Assembly: GCA_964276515.1 (NCBI GenBank)
Contig: OZ193909.1
Location: 12,462,001-12,526,000 of the forward strand
Source of the DNA: Gordius albopunctatus
Taxonomy: Eukaryota
DNA length: 64,000 bases
Direction of reading: 5' to 3'
Made by a program: the position numbers and the translations under genes. The notes beneath the pieces were generated by a model that saw only the letters and a program-made list of their open reading frames with translations, was not told the origin of the DNA and did no database searches. Positions 1 to 13,007 of this stretch are shown in pieces; position 1 is the stretch's first letter, and every line of letters begins with the position of its first letter.

Positions 1-605
1 CACCATGTTACTATCATCGTATGATGCCTGCTGAGCATGGACTCCAACAACCTCCCCTGACTCCGCTCCGTAATAGCTGTTATAATCTAATTTACTATTA
101 ACTTCGTAGTGGGCACTCCTAGTAGGGGCCGGTAAGTAATAATCGTCAAACGTTTCTCTCCTGCAACCCCCATCGCTGGGAAAACCATTGAAATAAGGGG
201 GCGGGGGAATTTGGATTTCATCTCTCTCGTCGCGATACATTTCTTCTTGACCCGAAGAACGAACCATCGCGTTATTGGAATTGATCGGTAGATATTGATC
301 GAATTCGGAATTATCGATATTTTCCAATTCGTATTCTTCGTAACTAAGATTTCTCCTACTAATGTTAAGGCCGTAAGCCATATCCTCACAAGTTGATGGA
401 TTGTCCATAGTGGGCCCAGGTGGTGGTAGTAAGGTGTTGTTTAAGTACTTAGGCTGAGCATAATATTGCGAATGCAGAGTGATCGAATCGGAGACGGAGC
501 CCATTTTACTACTACTATATATAACGGCGATATCGTTTTCGTTGCCCTGCTGTTGGTTATTATAGGCCACGTAAGATGATGTGTTGAATTTAGAATTTTC
601 GTAAC
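1..605 (-). CDS. SoxE: SoxE coding exon 4 (runs off the window start)
   Basis: Acceptor ttttcacatttctag|GT TAC is phase-compatible with exon 3. The frame is open to base 1 and contains LENIDNSEFDQYLP, the EFDQYL motif of SoxE/SoxF proteins. Confidence 0.85.
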
Positions 606-1204
606 CTAGAAATGTGAAAAATTATAAAGGTTTAAATTAAATTAAGCGACAATGACATCTAAAATAATTGGAATGATTGGAAATCCAGTTTAAAAATTTC
701 AAATAAGCATCATTCCATGATTGTCAAGCAGCTTATAAGCCTTTAGAAAGTCTTGACCAAAGAATTAGCCACAAAGAAGAAAATTTACGGAGAGTGACGA
801 ACTAGGAAAATCTGAGTTGAAATATTGGCCAACTTAAAAGAATAAGCTCAACCATACAATATTGATAATTTTGAGTTAGTGTCGTCACTTGAAAATATCG
901 CCTTTAACCAACAAACTACACCTTTTATGTCATATAGAAAAGGTTATTTATCGGGCAATTTCGGTCGAGGAAATATGCTAGGGAAAAACGGGAATTTAAA
1001 AAGAAGGGGAAAATGGGGAATATATGCAATGTTAAATAAAATGTTTAAAATGTTTTTAGAAATTAAATGTTTATCTATTAATAATACAAGTGAGATGAAT
1101 TTAGCTGACAAAAATATTTAAGTATTTTTAACATAAACTAGCTTTTTAATAGTAATGGGCTATAATGAAATATACACAAGATTAGAAATCTATATAGTTT
1201 TAAC

Positions 1205-1356
1205 TAGTGGTGATCAAAACCTAGGTTGGGTTTTCCCGAGGTCAAACCCGAGGTGGGTTTTGGGTTAGGGAATCTGAAAGACCTTAAAGGTCTTTTTCCA
1301 ACCTTAGCCCAAACCTTAGGTTTGGGTTGTACAAACCTAGGTTTTGATCATCACTA
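1205..1356. mobile_element. hAT-type MITE (152 bp)
   Basis: TIR TAGTGGTGATCAAAACCTAGGTT / AACCTAGGTTTTGATCATCACTA; perfect 8-bp TSD GTTTTAAC. Confidence 0.9.
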
Positions 1357-2135
1357 GTTTTAACTTAGGAGTCATAATTTTTAATAATATTTTGATTAAT
1401 GGATGAATATTAATAAGTTTTATTTATTAAAAAAATATCAAGATGTCATGTTTTTATTGGCGGCAAAAACTTTTTAAGATTCTATATTATTCATTTAAAG
1501 CTAATTGCTCCAAAAAAGAGATTAATGCCTAAATATCCCTAATTTCACCAATGTAAGTACCATATCTTCCAAAATAATATTTACACACAGTTTTTAAATC
1601 AAAAACGATTAAAGCTGAATTTTTTTTAATATTAGACGTATTTGTAGTATCAAAATTATTCAGGGGAATTGCCCCAGGGAAAAAACAATTTTCCAAAAGG
1701 AAGTTTCCTGAGAAAAAACGAGTTTCTCGGAAAAAATGGCCATGGTGCCATCATTTCTGATCGTTGTGCATATATTAAGGGAGTATAAGCGTTTGATTAA
1801 TCTTTATTATTATCTCCATATGAATATAATTCCTAAATTTTTGCTATTATTCTTAAATAAAACCGTGATTGGAAAGATTTTTTATTTGTAGTTTTAGTTT
1901 TTCTTTGGTCCCATTTAACCCTACGACGCCCTCTCCCCAACAACATATGATTTCTATAAATATAGTTAATTATAGCTATTTAATATTCATCTTGTCCATT
2001 ACCTATGATTTATTAGTATCTTTTACACCTTACACAAAGAAAGGATTTAATGGGTTCAATAAATAATATTTTGTGCCCATTTTTTTATATGTTGAGCTTT
2101 AAACCTACACCAATTTCAACCATACCCGACCAAAC

Positions 2136-3744
2136 TAGATGTCTGCATGGGCCGAAATTTCAGGGTCAGGCCCGGCCCATACCCGCACAAATATATTTTT
2201 TTACCCATACCCGCCCCGCAAAAAAACAACAAAAAATGCGCCGCATCAGGCCCGCACGAGAAAAAAGCTTCAGTGTTTTCAAAAAAATTTATTTGTATAG
2301 AAATAATTTTGCATGTATGAAAAAAATTGTTATAGCATATAAAAACGATATTAATAAAAAAAATTATAATTCAATATTGTGATTTCAAAATAATAAACTA
2401 TCTATTCTATCAGGTAGTTGTCTTGTTCTTCTTTGTTCTATTAGGCCACTTGCCTTACTAAACGTGCGTTCACTTGTAGCGCTTGTGGCTGGAATTGACA
2501 AAAACTGTACAGCTAACTTTGTCAAATTAGGTAGGATAAGTTCGTGTTCTTTCCACCATGAAATAACATCAAGCTCATCATCTTCCGGTTTAATATTTAA
2601 TTTAACATAAGTATCAACTTCATTGCTCTCCTCAATCTGCTCTCTTTCATCGTCCTCCCAAACGGAGATATACATATCGACTTCACCAATAGCTGATTGC
2701 CTACATACCTGAGCTGAATTGCTCATAGATGGACGACTGATGCAAGAAGAGCTAGGATCTTCTTGCATTAATTTATTTAAAGTTTGTGTTACCATGGTTT
2801 TAACAAGAATTCTTTCATCCTCAGGTAACATTTTGAGGGTGCAGAATTTTGGAGCCAGAAATTTTGATATCTTATGATATATATCAATTTCGAACTTTGA
2901 GGTCAGCATAGTTTTAGCCCTGGTTTTTAATTTATAAATTTCTAATTCAACAGGATCACTATTAGTAGGAGATGGAGGCGTATTTGGTATGGCTTTTAAG
3001 GATGTATATTAGGGTAAAACTTTATACAATGTTGGCTTCAATGAAAAACGAATTTTAAGCAATCTAAGAATTTAAAAAGCGAGGGAAATTTTAAATATAA
3101 GAATTTTTTAAACTTTTTAAAAAATAAAAATTTTTTTTAGTAATTACCTTTTCTATGCCATCGGAATTATTTACTTTTGGAGATTCCATTTAATCAAATA
3201 TATTCAAAGCTAGAGCGAAGTAATTGTTATATAATATGTAATAATAATTTACTTTATTAAAACTATTGCAAGCTAATTAGCAATGTTGATATTATAAGTT
3301 TGTAATAAGTAGGAAAAGTGTAGCTAAAACTAATAAATTATAAAATAAAATTTTTTAATGAATTACCTTAAAGCTTAAAACAACGTCAATGAGATCTTAG
3401 AACAAATATTAAGCAATCTAAGGATTTGAAAAGCGAGGGAAATAATAAACAATGAAGTTAAAAACAAACACTACCTTTTCTATCCATTCAATTAATTTAC
3501 TTAATTAGCGAAAAATATAATATTAAATTTTCCCTCAAAATAATACTGTTTAAATATCAAATTGTTGTTAGAAAAAAATAAATTTTTTATCATCAAGATA
3601 ATAAATGCATTTTTTTGTGTCAATACTATAACGATAGTATAGAGTTTAATATATTTAAATTTTTTCACTTATTAAAGCCCAAGCCCGGCACGCACTTTTT
3701 TTAGTGCTCATTTTCAGGTCCGGCCCGGCCCCTGCAGACCTCTA
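2136..3744 (-). mobile_element. Non-autonomous hAT DNA transposon (deletion derivative)
   Basis: TIR TAGATGTCTGCATGGGCCG / CGGCCCCTGCAGACCTCTA; TSD GACCAAAC/GACCCAAC; GCCCG subterminal repeats; carries a transposase C-terminus. Confidence 0.9.
2385..2909 (-). pseudogene. hAT transposase C-terminal dimerisation-domain fragment
   Basis: DVISWWKEH...LPNLTKLAVQFLSIPATSATSERTFS...RRTR is the hATC motif; N-terminal and catalytic regions are absent. Confidence 0.9.
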
Positions 3745-3873
3745 GACCCAACACAACATAAAGAAAAGTATGCATGGCTCCAACCCAACTTTAATTCGGA
3801 TTTGTAGACGAGTGTTTACAATGTTTCAATAAGCGATTACCTGCCTAACAGCCTGTTTTATTTTAGTTATTTT

Positions 3874-4814
3874 TAGACCCTGGGCTCCACTGCGATCTTA
3901 AAGTTTAATTTAAGAATTGTTCGGGTTAAAAATTTAAAAACGCTTTCGGGTCGGGTTGGACTTATAGAGTCGGGTCAAAGGATATGAATCTTACATTACA
4001 AAATGAACGAAACGTATTTGTTAAATTAATGCTATTATCTATAATTTTTGTAAAACAATATCGAATTGTATAACTAATTGTAATCATTCATATTCATATA
4101 ATCAATTTCCTTTCCTATTTTTTTTAATTCGTTTAATTAGGAGGCAAATTTAAATTTAAAGCTGAATCAAAATTAAAATATTAACAAATGAGTATTTATT
4201 ATTGTTTATAGTCTATAGAGTAAATTATGAATTTAACTACACATGGGCGTAGGCAGGGGGGGCGGCCGCCCCCCCTGAATGAGAATTTTTCTATTTTTTA
4301 ATGTAAATTTATGTAAAAATTGGAAAAAATTAGTGTTTCGCCCCCCCTGATTGAAATTAAGTTTTATGTTGAAAATTTTATTTCACGACCTTTTGACGCA
4401 AATTTAAATTATATAAGAATTAAATATTGAGATTAGTAGTTGCGTTTGTGTTAGTTCCTTCATACATCGTTTACATATCCTCTGTACACTGTACTGTTGA
4501 TTAATAATGAGTTTTTATGTGGGTTGAGGCCAAAGAATAGCAAAATATTTTAATTACTAACGTTAAATACCAAAAAAAGGTCTTGGCGACCTTTTTTTTT
4601 TTTTTTGCTCTCACTTAGTCTCGGCGATTTTTTTGCTCGCCCCCCCCTGATCCGAAAGCTGGCTACGCCCATGTAACTACATAAAGATATAATTAAATAT
4701 TCAATTTAAAGTTGAATCACAAAAGGTAAAATATTAACAAATGATTATTTATTATTGTTTAAAAACGCTTTCGGGTCGGGTTCGGGTTGAAAAAAGTGAC
4801 TTTGCAGGCCTCTA
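3874..4814. mobile_element. hAT-type non-autonomous element with CGGGT subterminal repeats
   Basis: Right end AAAAAAGTGACTTTGCAGGCCTCTA is the reverse complement of the left end of the 4876 element. Left end is degenerate and no TSD was recognised. Confidence 0.6.
4242..4673. mobile_element. hAT-type MITE (CATGGGCGTAG TIR family), nested
   Basis: TIR CATGGGCGTAG / CTACGCCCATG; perfect TSD TAACTACA. Confidence 0.9.
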
Positions 4815-4875
4815 CCAGACACTTTTATTGCCATGAAATGAAATAATTTGGTGTGGCGCGTGCGTTAACACTAAT

Positions 4876-5626
4876 TAGAGCCCTGCAAAGTCACTTTTTT
4901 TCAACCCGAACCCGACCCGAAAGTGTTTTTAATTTTTAAACCCGAACCCGACCCGACCCGAAAGCGTTTTAAAATTTTCAACCCGAATCCGACCCGACCC
5001 GAAAGCGTTTAAAAATTTTTCAACCCAAAAACGACCAGACACGAAAGCGTTTTAAATATTTTAAATTGATTTATCAAAATAAATTGGCAGCTTTCAGAAA
5101 CAATTTGACGCCACAAATTTGAATAATAAATTTATTTGAGAGAAATATTATAATTATGTATAAATATAATAGCGTCTACAATTTCAGGCCGTAAACTCGA
5201 CCTCCTATCTTCTAAAATTCGTCCATCTGTAGAAAAAGATCTCTCCCTGGACGTAGAGGAGGCAGCAGGTATGGCCAGAAATTTACGAGCCAATAACCCT
5301 AAAACAGGATATTTATAAGAATATATTCTCCACCATTCTAATGTGTCGTATGTTTCATTCTTTTTTGCAAGTTTATAATGAATATATTCCTCAAGTTCAT
5401 CTTTTTCTTGAACATTTTCATCTGCACATTCCTCCCAAACGGAAAAATCCATGTGAAAGATATGTTTGTTATGCAGTGTAAGATTTATAACCTTCAACCC
5501 GACCCGACCCGAAAGCGTTTTAAATTTTTCAACCCGAACCCAACCCGACCCGAAAGCGTTTTAAAATTTTGAACCCGACCCGAAGGTATTTTAAAATTTT
5601 CAACGGGTCACCCGTGCTGGGCTCTA
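4876..5626 (-). mobile_element. Non-autonomous hAT transposon with dimerisation-domain remnant (5132-5497)
   Basis: TIR TAGAGCCCTGCA / TGCTGGGCTCTA; perfect TSD ACACTAAT; ACCCG(A) subterminal arrays; ORF LEWWR...YPVLGLLARKFLAIPA...ERSFS. Confidence 0.92.
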
Positions 5627-5989
5627 ACACTAATATAAGACTATATATAAATACAATTCATACGTGAACCCTCAAGAATTGCATAGCAAATTGAACTATA
5701 TACGATTACGAATTGTAGAAGAGATTGGGTTTGAAGTTTAACACGGCATAAAAGAACAGTGGGGGTTCCAGAGCTGAGCCCCTGACGGGGTCCAAATAAA
5801 TGAGCTGTATGATACAGTTTTATTATTTATTAGTATATGATAATATGAAATATTAATATTACCCATAAATTGTATAGCAATTAAAAGCTCTAAGAGTGTA
5901 GACATTCAGAAGAAGGGGGATAAAAATTTTAATATTGATAAAGAGAGGAGCCATATAATCTTTTTAATAACTTTTTTATAATTTTGGGC

Positions 5990-7700
5990 TTTGAGAGGGT
6001 GAAATGTAGAAAATACACTAGGAATAGCCTGACTCACAACAAAGGCGATTTTGGAACTGTGTTGTGGATAGAATGTGGATAACATGCTGGAATGTTGGCA
6101 CGTTGACGGGAAAGAGCATCGAGATCGCAAAAATGCTAAAAAGATGAAAGTTACACATCACCTGCCTAGAAAAGACGAGGTGGAATGAAACTGATTCTCG
6201 GGGTTTAGGATAGGATTACAAGCTATTCTACGAAAGGGGGTCCATATCGTAAGGACACATTGGTGGAAGTCAAGCGTTGTTCATACATGTTAATATGGGT
6301 GAAGATTGCAAAACAAAGAGGCCTCCTAGCCGTTATGTGCGCCTTTGCTACCCAAATTGGGTGTATTAAATGCGAAATAGATATTTTTCGATATATTCGA
6401 ATAGTTCAAGAATAAAAGCTAATTTTTACGGCGGACTTAAACGCCCTACGTAGGGAAAGAACTTCCTCAAACAAAATCAAAGAGGCTATGGTCATGGTTA
6501 GAAAAACAAGAAATAGAAAAACTTCTCCAAGTATCCCAAGCATACTACATGGCGATCGTTAGTAGGTATTTTTAAAAACGGGAAGTTCATATGTGACTTA
6601 TAGACGTCAAGCATTTAAGTCAAATTGACTCTCTTCTTATAAGGCGCAAGGACTCATGGAGGATCAAAAATTGCAAAGTGATCCCGAGAGAAGGTATCAC
6701 CAGGCAACATTGTCCACTTGTTATGAATCTTGAAAGAAAAGTATTTCCCACAAGAAGAAGTGTTTATGAACCTCGAGTTCAATAAGAAACGCTAGAGGAT
6801 ACGTCGACGAACGATAAATATTATCAAAAAGCCTTCTCACTCTTGGGTGCAACGAAGTTGCAAAGGGACTTAGACAAAGATTGGGAGACGCTAATTGCAG
6901 CCATAAAGTAAACAGCTATTCGGGTTCTAGGGCAGACCAAAAGGGCCAAAACTATGAATAGAGAACTATGGTGGTGGGATCTATCGTTTAGGGATTTAAT
7001 CGAAAGAAAGAAACATCTATATAGACAGTTGCATAAATCAAAATGATCTGGGGAAAGGCAAGAAAGCGCCAAAAGGGCCGTTGAGACAAACTTATGTACA
7101 AATTGTCCAAGATAAGGGATCTAAGTCCCTTTTTATTCAATATCATTGTGGACACGATAATGAGAGATAAAAAGACATTCTCATGGTGTATGCTATATGC
7201 CGATGATATAGTACTATCAGAAGAGACAAAAGAGAAATTCGAAGAAGCTGAAAAGTGGTCTAAGAGCTTTGTTGGATATGGTACAAATGTTAGCAACGAT
7301 AAACGGAATACATGGAGATGCTAGATGACCATCTAAATTACTGAATATTAGACAGGTTTACATACTTCGGCTCGATGCTACATCAAGAGAGAGGTTGCGC
7401 AACAGAATTCAATGCCCGGATTAAAAAAGGATGGCTTAAATGGCGCAAGATATCTGGTGTAATGTGCGACAAGAAATGCTAATATTGTTAACTAGCTTAC
7501 ATGAAAGTCAAACATGACACTAAACGCAAAGGAAGAAATTTTATTGTGGGTCATGGAGATGAGAATAATACGGTGGAGTTTGAAGTATACTAAGCTCGAC
7601 CATATGAAAATGGTTTTTCAGGACACAAATGGGTAATCAACCAATGGCAGACTTGATTAACAAAATAGGCTAAGGTGGTACGAGCATATACTAAGAAGAC
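5990..7700 (+). mobile_element. Decayed, internally deleted RTE-clade LINE
   Basis: Colinear similarity to the 22983-26019 element (endonuclease region, WCMLYADDIV RT motif, C-terminus) with many stops and deletions. Ends approximate. Confidence 0.85.
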
Positions 7701-9808
7701 AGACGAAATCTGCAACGGGTCGTTTTTTGAAGGTCGGCTCGTCCGTTTCTGTTTTGAAAACTTTCAGATCTGTCCAGGCCCGTCACTAAGTTGTGCCCTT
7801 CAAGCCCCCTCCCCCCCTTAAAAAGTTTTCAAGCCCAGATCTCGAGCCCGTCCGTGTTTTCTTCAGTATCACTTCAGGCCCGGCCCCTTACCAAGATTCA
7901 CCCTTGTGCCCTGATCATTAAAAATTGAAAATATTTGCAAAATAATTTCTATTTTACTTATATTTTTATTAAGATATCTCAATTCAATCGGTGGATTTTT
8001 CAAAGGCTATTATATTATTCCACAAATTGATCCGTAAATAATTTTATAAAGATTATTTAACTAATTTTATTCAAAATGTTGCTATTTGTTCAACATAACA
8101 TTTCTAATGTTATAACCGGATATTGTTGTACAAAAATTGGCTTATTTAATAGAATTTTTTGAAGGTTATCATTTACAAAATTAAATGAATGCTCGTTAAA
8201 TATCTTTGGGTTACTAATCCAGATCTCCATAGTGGCACACACAGTCCTTTCTTATTGTAATTTTTATGTCTGGATTCGGCAAACGCCAATTAAGATGCAA
8301 AAAAACCTTTAAATATGTAAAAATCTAGTGATATAAAAGGAAAATAAAATATAAGAAAATTGTTAATGCAAAATGAAGGAGTGTGACAGGTAAGAATATT
8401 CCTAAATATGGCATTGCTTGAATAATTATAATCGCCATTTCTATTTCCATATTGGACCCTTATATTATTCTGCAGGTCTAATATTTGTTAACCAAGAATC
8501 GGCACAATATTTAATAAAAGCTGTTTTTAAAAAACCCTTATATAAGAATTGTTACTAAATAACCAAGAGGTTATTAAACATTTATTTGCACTTTTTAATA
8601 AATTAAATATGACCTACTATATTTGATCAATCCGCTATTTCCTAAAACTTAACAAAGTTTATAAAGTCTCATAAAATTTAAAAGGCTTAAATTCTTTCCT
8701 AAGTGATGTCTAAAATTATAACGACATGCAATTCTAATTATGCTTAAATATCTTCGGGGTAAATATAATTCATAGGGACGGAACACCAAAAACAAAAATT
8801 GTTTTTCAGCTATTTGATATAAAAAAGTTTATAGTAATAAGTACATAATATTTTAGGACTCCTATTAAATAACAATTTTTAAGTGTGATTTAAATTTTAA
8901 TATATAAAAAAATAGACTTATTTCAAAACTGTTTCTATTATTAAATATGATCTAGAGTTGTTGTATTCCATATGAAAGTTGTCAGCAAATATGTTAATCA
9001 TATATAGTATCAAAAGCAGTTTATTTACATTAAAATTTGGGGTTATGTTGCTTGCATTACATTCATTTATAGTATGTGGGGAATGAAATTTTGACAATGT
9101 AATAAAAATAATCATACATATTTTTTTATTGTCCTACATTAAAAGCTGCCTGTCCATATATCCTATGTGTGCGTCTTAATTTAGTATTGATGATTTAGAA
9201 TTGACTTTTCAAGTAGCAGGTAAAACTTTGTTGAAAATTTACATCAAGGAAAGATGTAATTAATATAACAAATTACAAATTCGGATCAACAAATGAAACT
9301 ACAAAGCTTAGAAGCTAAGCTGTGGATGAAAGATGTATTTTAAATTTATATAATTTGTTAACTTCTAAAGATGAACATTTCAAAATATTTCATTGCTATA
9401 TATATATTAGTGCTCTATTTATCTACAAAATTAAGATAAGTTATAATATTGATTCTTTTATTAATGATTTAAAGTTTACTACTTTATTTATTGGATAAAT
9501 AATTAAAAAGATTCATGTGACTCCTGGCTATAACTAGCCTCGGTCTCATCTATATTATGGGTAAACTGTTAGTGTTACTCATATATTTTGAGCTAAAAGG
9601 GATGTAAAGGTGGGTTTCGCTAGGTTGTCGCTAGGGTTGGGGTTTAACGGTCCCGTAGGTAAATGTACATTGTTTATAAAGAATTCAAAGCGTGTTCATT
9701 TAATTAAAACGTAGTAATTGCCATAATATAGTCGATATTTAATAAGCAACTATCACATTTTTCCACTAAATTATAACTTTATATATAGCCTTAATTATTG
9801 AGAGCATA

Positions 9809-10113
9809 TAGAGTCCTGCTAATTGAATTTCTTCCCCTGAAACCCGATCCGAGCCCAATTTAAATGGAAGATATAAAGAATTCATTTTCATTTGATACTA
9901 CAATTATATGATCGCAAAAATTATACTTTGTCTGAAATGAACGATGTACCGAGATATTTTTTTTTATAAAGAGCTGTGTTTATTTAGATTTTAATAAATG
10001 GTTATAGGCACGACCCTAGTCCGCACCCCTATAATTTTTTTAAACTTTTGGCCGAGCCCATCCTGAAACTATCTCAAGCTCGGGCCGGATCGGGCGGCCC
10101 ATGCAGGGCTCTA
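9809..10113. mobile_element. hAT-type MITE (TAGAGCCCTGCA family)
   Basis: Ends TAGAGTCCTGC / GCAGGGCTCTA; degenerate TSD AGAGCATA/TGATCATA. Confidence 0.7.
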
Positions 10114-10655
10114 TGATCATATCAAATATTGTGTAAAACCACCACGTGTAAATGTTTCTTTACAAGTAGAAATAATACGAAGGAATTTAGAAAAAGCAAA
10201 AATAAGTTGTTATCATTTTGCTTCCGATCTAGCATAGTAATGCTTATTTTGTATGACAATCAGGTGTAAACATTTCTTTAACCGAATATATTAATAATTC
10301 ATTAAAGTTATAGACTAGATAAAAACAAATTTAAAGGATCCATATTCTATAATTCTTAGTGGACATCTTATAATATTCAAAGCTTACAAAGTATTAAAAA
10401 AATTTTACGGCTTAGGTTATTTATTAATACCCCTTTCACTTTTTATTATGCAATCGCTTAGTTAATAGCATTTCTCTTATTAACCCTGAATATGATCATG
10501 ATATACTCTAAAATTTATTCCATTTATCATTTCATTAATCAATGATAATTTTATAAATATTAGGCAAATAAACCTAAATCGCGTAATTTCTTGACTGCTT
10601 AAGAAAAGATTAAAACTAAAATAGATTGCAACTTTTTGCACCTAACAAAAATTAC

Positions 10656-10827
10656 TTTGCTGGGATTCTTGCACGATATTTCTGTAGTAAGCATGATAGT
10701 CAAACGGTCTGTTAGCAGTAAAAACACCATTAGTTGGACTATTAGGCGGTGTTGGAAGACTTTGCATAGGAGTGTAATCTGTTGTGTCGTAATGGTCTAA
10801 ATGTAAGTCTGCATCATTCCTAAGTGC
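10656..10827 (-). CDS. SoxE: SoxE coding exon 3
   Basis: 83-nt GT-AG intron (10910-10828). Open frame [34 protein letters not shown]...QESQQ contains a PTPPxxP motif like SoxE PPTPPTTP. Ends CAA A|GTAATT (phase 1). Confidence 0.8.
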
Positions 10828-10910
10828 CTATTTAACAATATAATAACATTTATGAAAATTAGGGTATTAAAAAACATATTATAATCTTGCATATTATATG
10901 TGGTATATAC

Positions 10911-11373
10911 CTTTAATAAGACATTAGACGAGTTAGTATAGTTTATAGGCTCAATTTGGTGCTCATCGTCGTATAGTTGAGAAATTAAAGTATCAACGTG
11001 CTTCTTGCTATTTTTAGAGCGCGACGTTATTTCTTTTCTGTGCCTCTTCTTAGCATTACCACCAACTTTTATATCGGTCGAGGTATTAGTAGGAACACTG
11101 CCTAAATCGCAACTACTTTCCCTCTTAGTCTCTCCGGCAAAATGTTCATCTATAAATGTGGCTTGTTTCATTTTGGGTTTTGTCTTAGTAGCCAATTTCA
11201 AGGACTCAATAAATTCATCCTGCCCACCCGCTCCCCTGTTTGCGCTGCTGTTGTCTGGAGTGGGTCGTTTTCTCCTAGGCTGATACTTGTAGTCGGGATA
11301 ATCTTTTTTGTGCACATTCCTCAACCTCTCAGCCTCCTCGATAAATGGCTTTTTCTCCTTATCGTTCAACAAC
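10911..11373 (-). CDS. SoxE: SoxE coding exon 2 (HMG-box C-half)
   Basis: Acceptor catag|G TTG completes the Arg codon split by intron 1 (18928-11374). Reads [36 protein letters not shown]. Donor AAG|GTATAT at 10910. Confidence 0.92.
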
Positions 11374-12837
11374 CTATGTAATATATAATAACTCATTACC
11401 GATCCTTTATACGTTAAATTTTATAAATAAATTTAGACAAATGAGTAAAGATATATCATATCCAATATTGCAACATTAATTAAAGATTCATATACATTGT
11501 AACATTGTCATGATTTTGGCGAGCCAAATTTAGATCAATTTGCATTTTGAGGCTAGTGTGATAGGAAATGTAGTAGAAGAAAATAAAAGCCTAAAAGTAT
11601 TTGTTAAATCAATAATTCCCTGCCTTCCATTTCTTCTAAACATGTGTGTCGTCTATAATATACTTTGTATGTGACTTAACGTATATTACAATCGAAAGTT
11701 CAATCTATTAACCTTTTTCGTTGATTTGAAATTAGATAGATCAAAAAAACCAAAAATATTACTATAGTAACGTAATGACTGGTTTCTGAGGAGGGGGTTT
11801 TGGGTTAAAATTTGAGTCGGGTTCGGGGTAGGAAAAATTGAATTTGCAGGAAACTAATGTAGTCTATGTCTTTCAGAATTCAAAAACACTTAATTTTAAA
11901 TCATTAAAAATAATCTGGAAAATGAATTAATCATAAATTTACTATTATTTAAGATATATAAGGTCCGACGGCGATAACTACTACTACCATTAATATTATT
12001 TTTGCTAAAAATTTAAATGTGCCAGATATTGATAATTTTAATACATTTATCATCATAAATGCAAATATTTTTTTGAAGTTCACATTTCATATTAACAGAC
12101 CTTTTTCAAAAATTACTCCAATAATTTAATTACCTATATATGTAACTTGGTACTTATAATATATTACCACGACAGCTGCCTCAAAGGTATAAAGTTGAAC
12201 TTTTTCAATATCTAATATATATATTGTCGTAGTCCCAAAACATATAGCACAACAGGCACCCCATTGTTCCTGCGACTTTTACCATGGTTTAATGAGGAAT
12301 AGTTACCCTGAGCCTACCAATCAAAACGATAAAATATCGGGTTCACATAATAGTTAGATGGGTCAGGTTAGTTTTAACAGGATAATTTAATTTAAAATAT
12401 AGAATAAACGCAAATGTCACAACTTCACTCTACAGCTTATTAGTCTTTTGCAAAGCTTCAAGTTAAAAAAATCAACAATATTACCCTTGCCTATTATCTA
12501 ATCTTCTTACACTTTGACGAATATTATAATAAAAACATTGGAAATTTACAGATTTTTTAAAATAAATTATGTCATTTGTTCATTTTGATGTAATGTTCAA
12601 TTAATAATTGCGCTGTAGGATGTAAATTATTTATTAAAAGCTGAAATATTTATTTTAGTTGTGAAATTTACACATTTATAACTTATTCTAAAATATTGTC
12701 TCGCTAAAGGTTATCTAAATAAAAATCGGAGGAATGATGACACATGCATTATCTTTAGTGAACAGTTAGTTAAGTAATACCTGATGTTTCAAATATCCAG
12801 CCTGGTTTCAAACTTAAAAGATCTTAACTAGTTTAAA

Positions 12838-13007
12838 CATAGGCCTAGCCAAGGGATGGGGGGCAGGGAGGGGCGGCGGTCCCCCTCTAAATACCAAAAT
12901 TTGTTGAAATTTATTAAACTTATGGCGAAAATTTCAAAAAATGTTCATTTTGCCCCTCCCTAAATCATTATTGCCCCCCTCTAATTCCAATGCTGGCTAC
13001 GCAAATA
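12838..13007. mobile_element. ~165-bp hAT-type MITE (CATGGGCGTAG family)
   Basis: Internal sequence colinear with copies at 18375 and 47194; decayed TIRs; TSD unclear. Confidence 0.75.

Noticed and set aside
87..389. 100-aa minus-strand ORF in the track
   Set aside because: Alternative frame of SoxE exon 4; the motif-bearing frame (EFDQYL) is a different one.
1220..1345. GGGTT/TTAGG-like motifs as interstitial telomere
   Set aside because: Not tandem; internal to a 152-bp MITE.
4895..5600. Regularly spaced ACCCGACCCGAAAGCG repeats resembling a CRISPR array
   Set aside because: Eukaryotic context, spacers are similar T/A tracts rather than unique, no cas genes, and the repeats lie inside a hAT element with TIRs and TSD.
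10797..10910. Hydrophobic C-terminus of the 199-aa SoxE ORF suggesting a membrane-tethered Sox
   Set aside because: It is read-through of the 83-nt AT-rich intron 2; splicing restores SoxE motifs.
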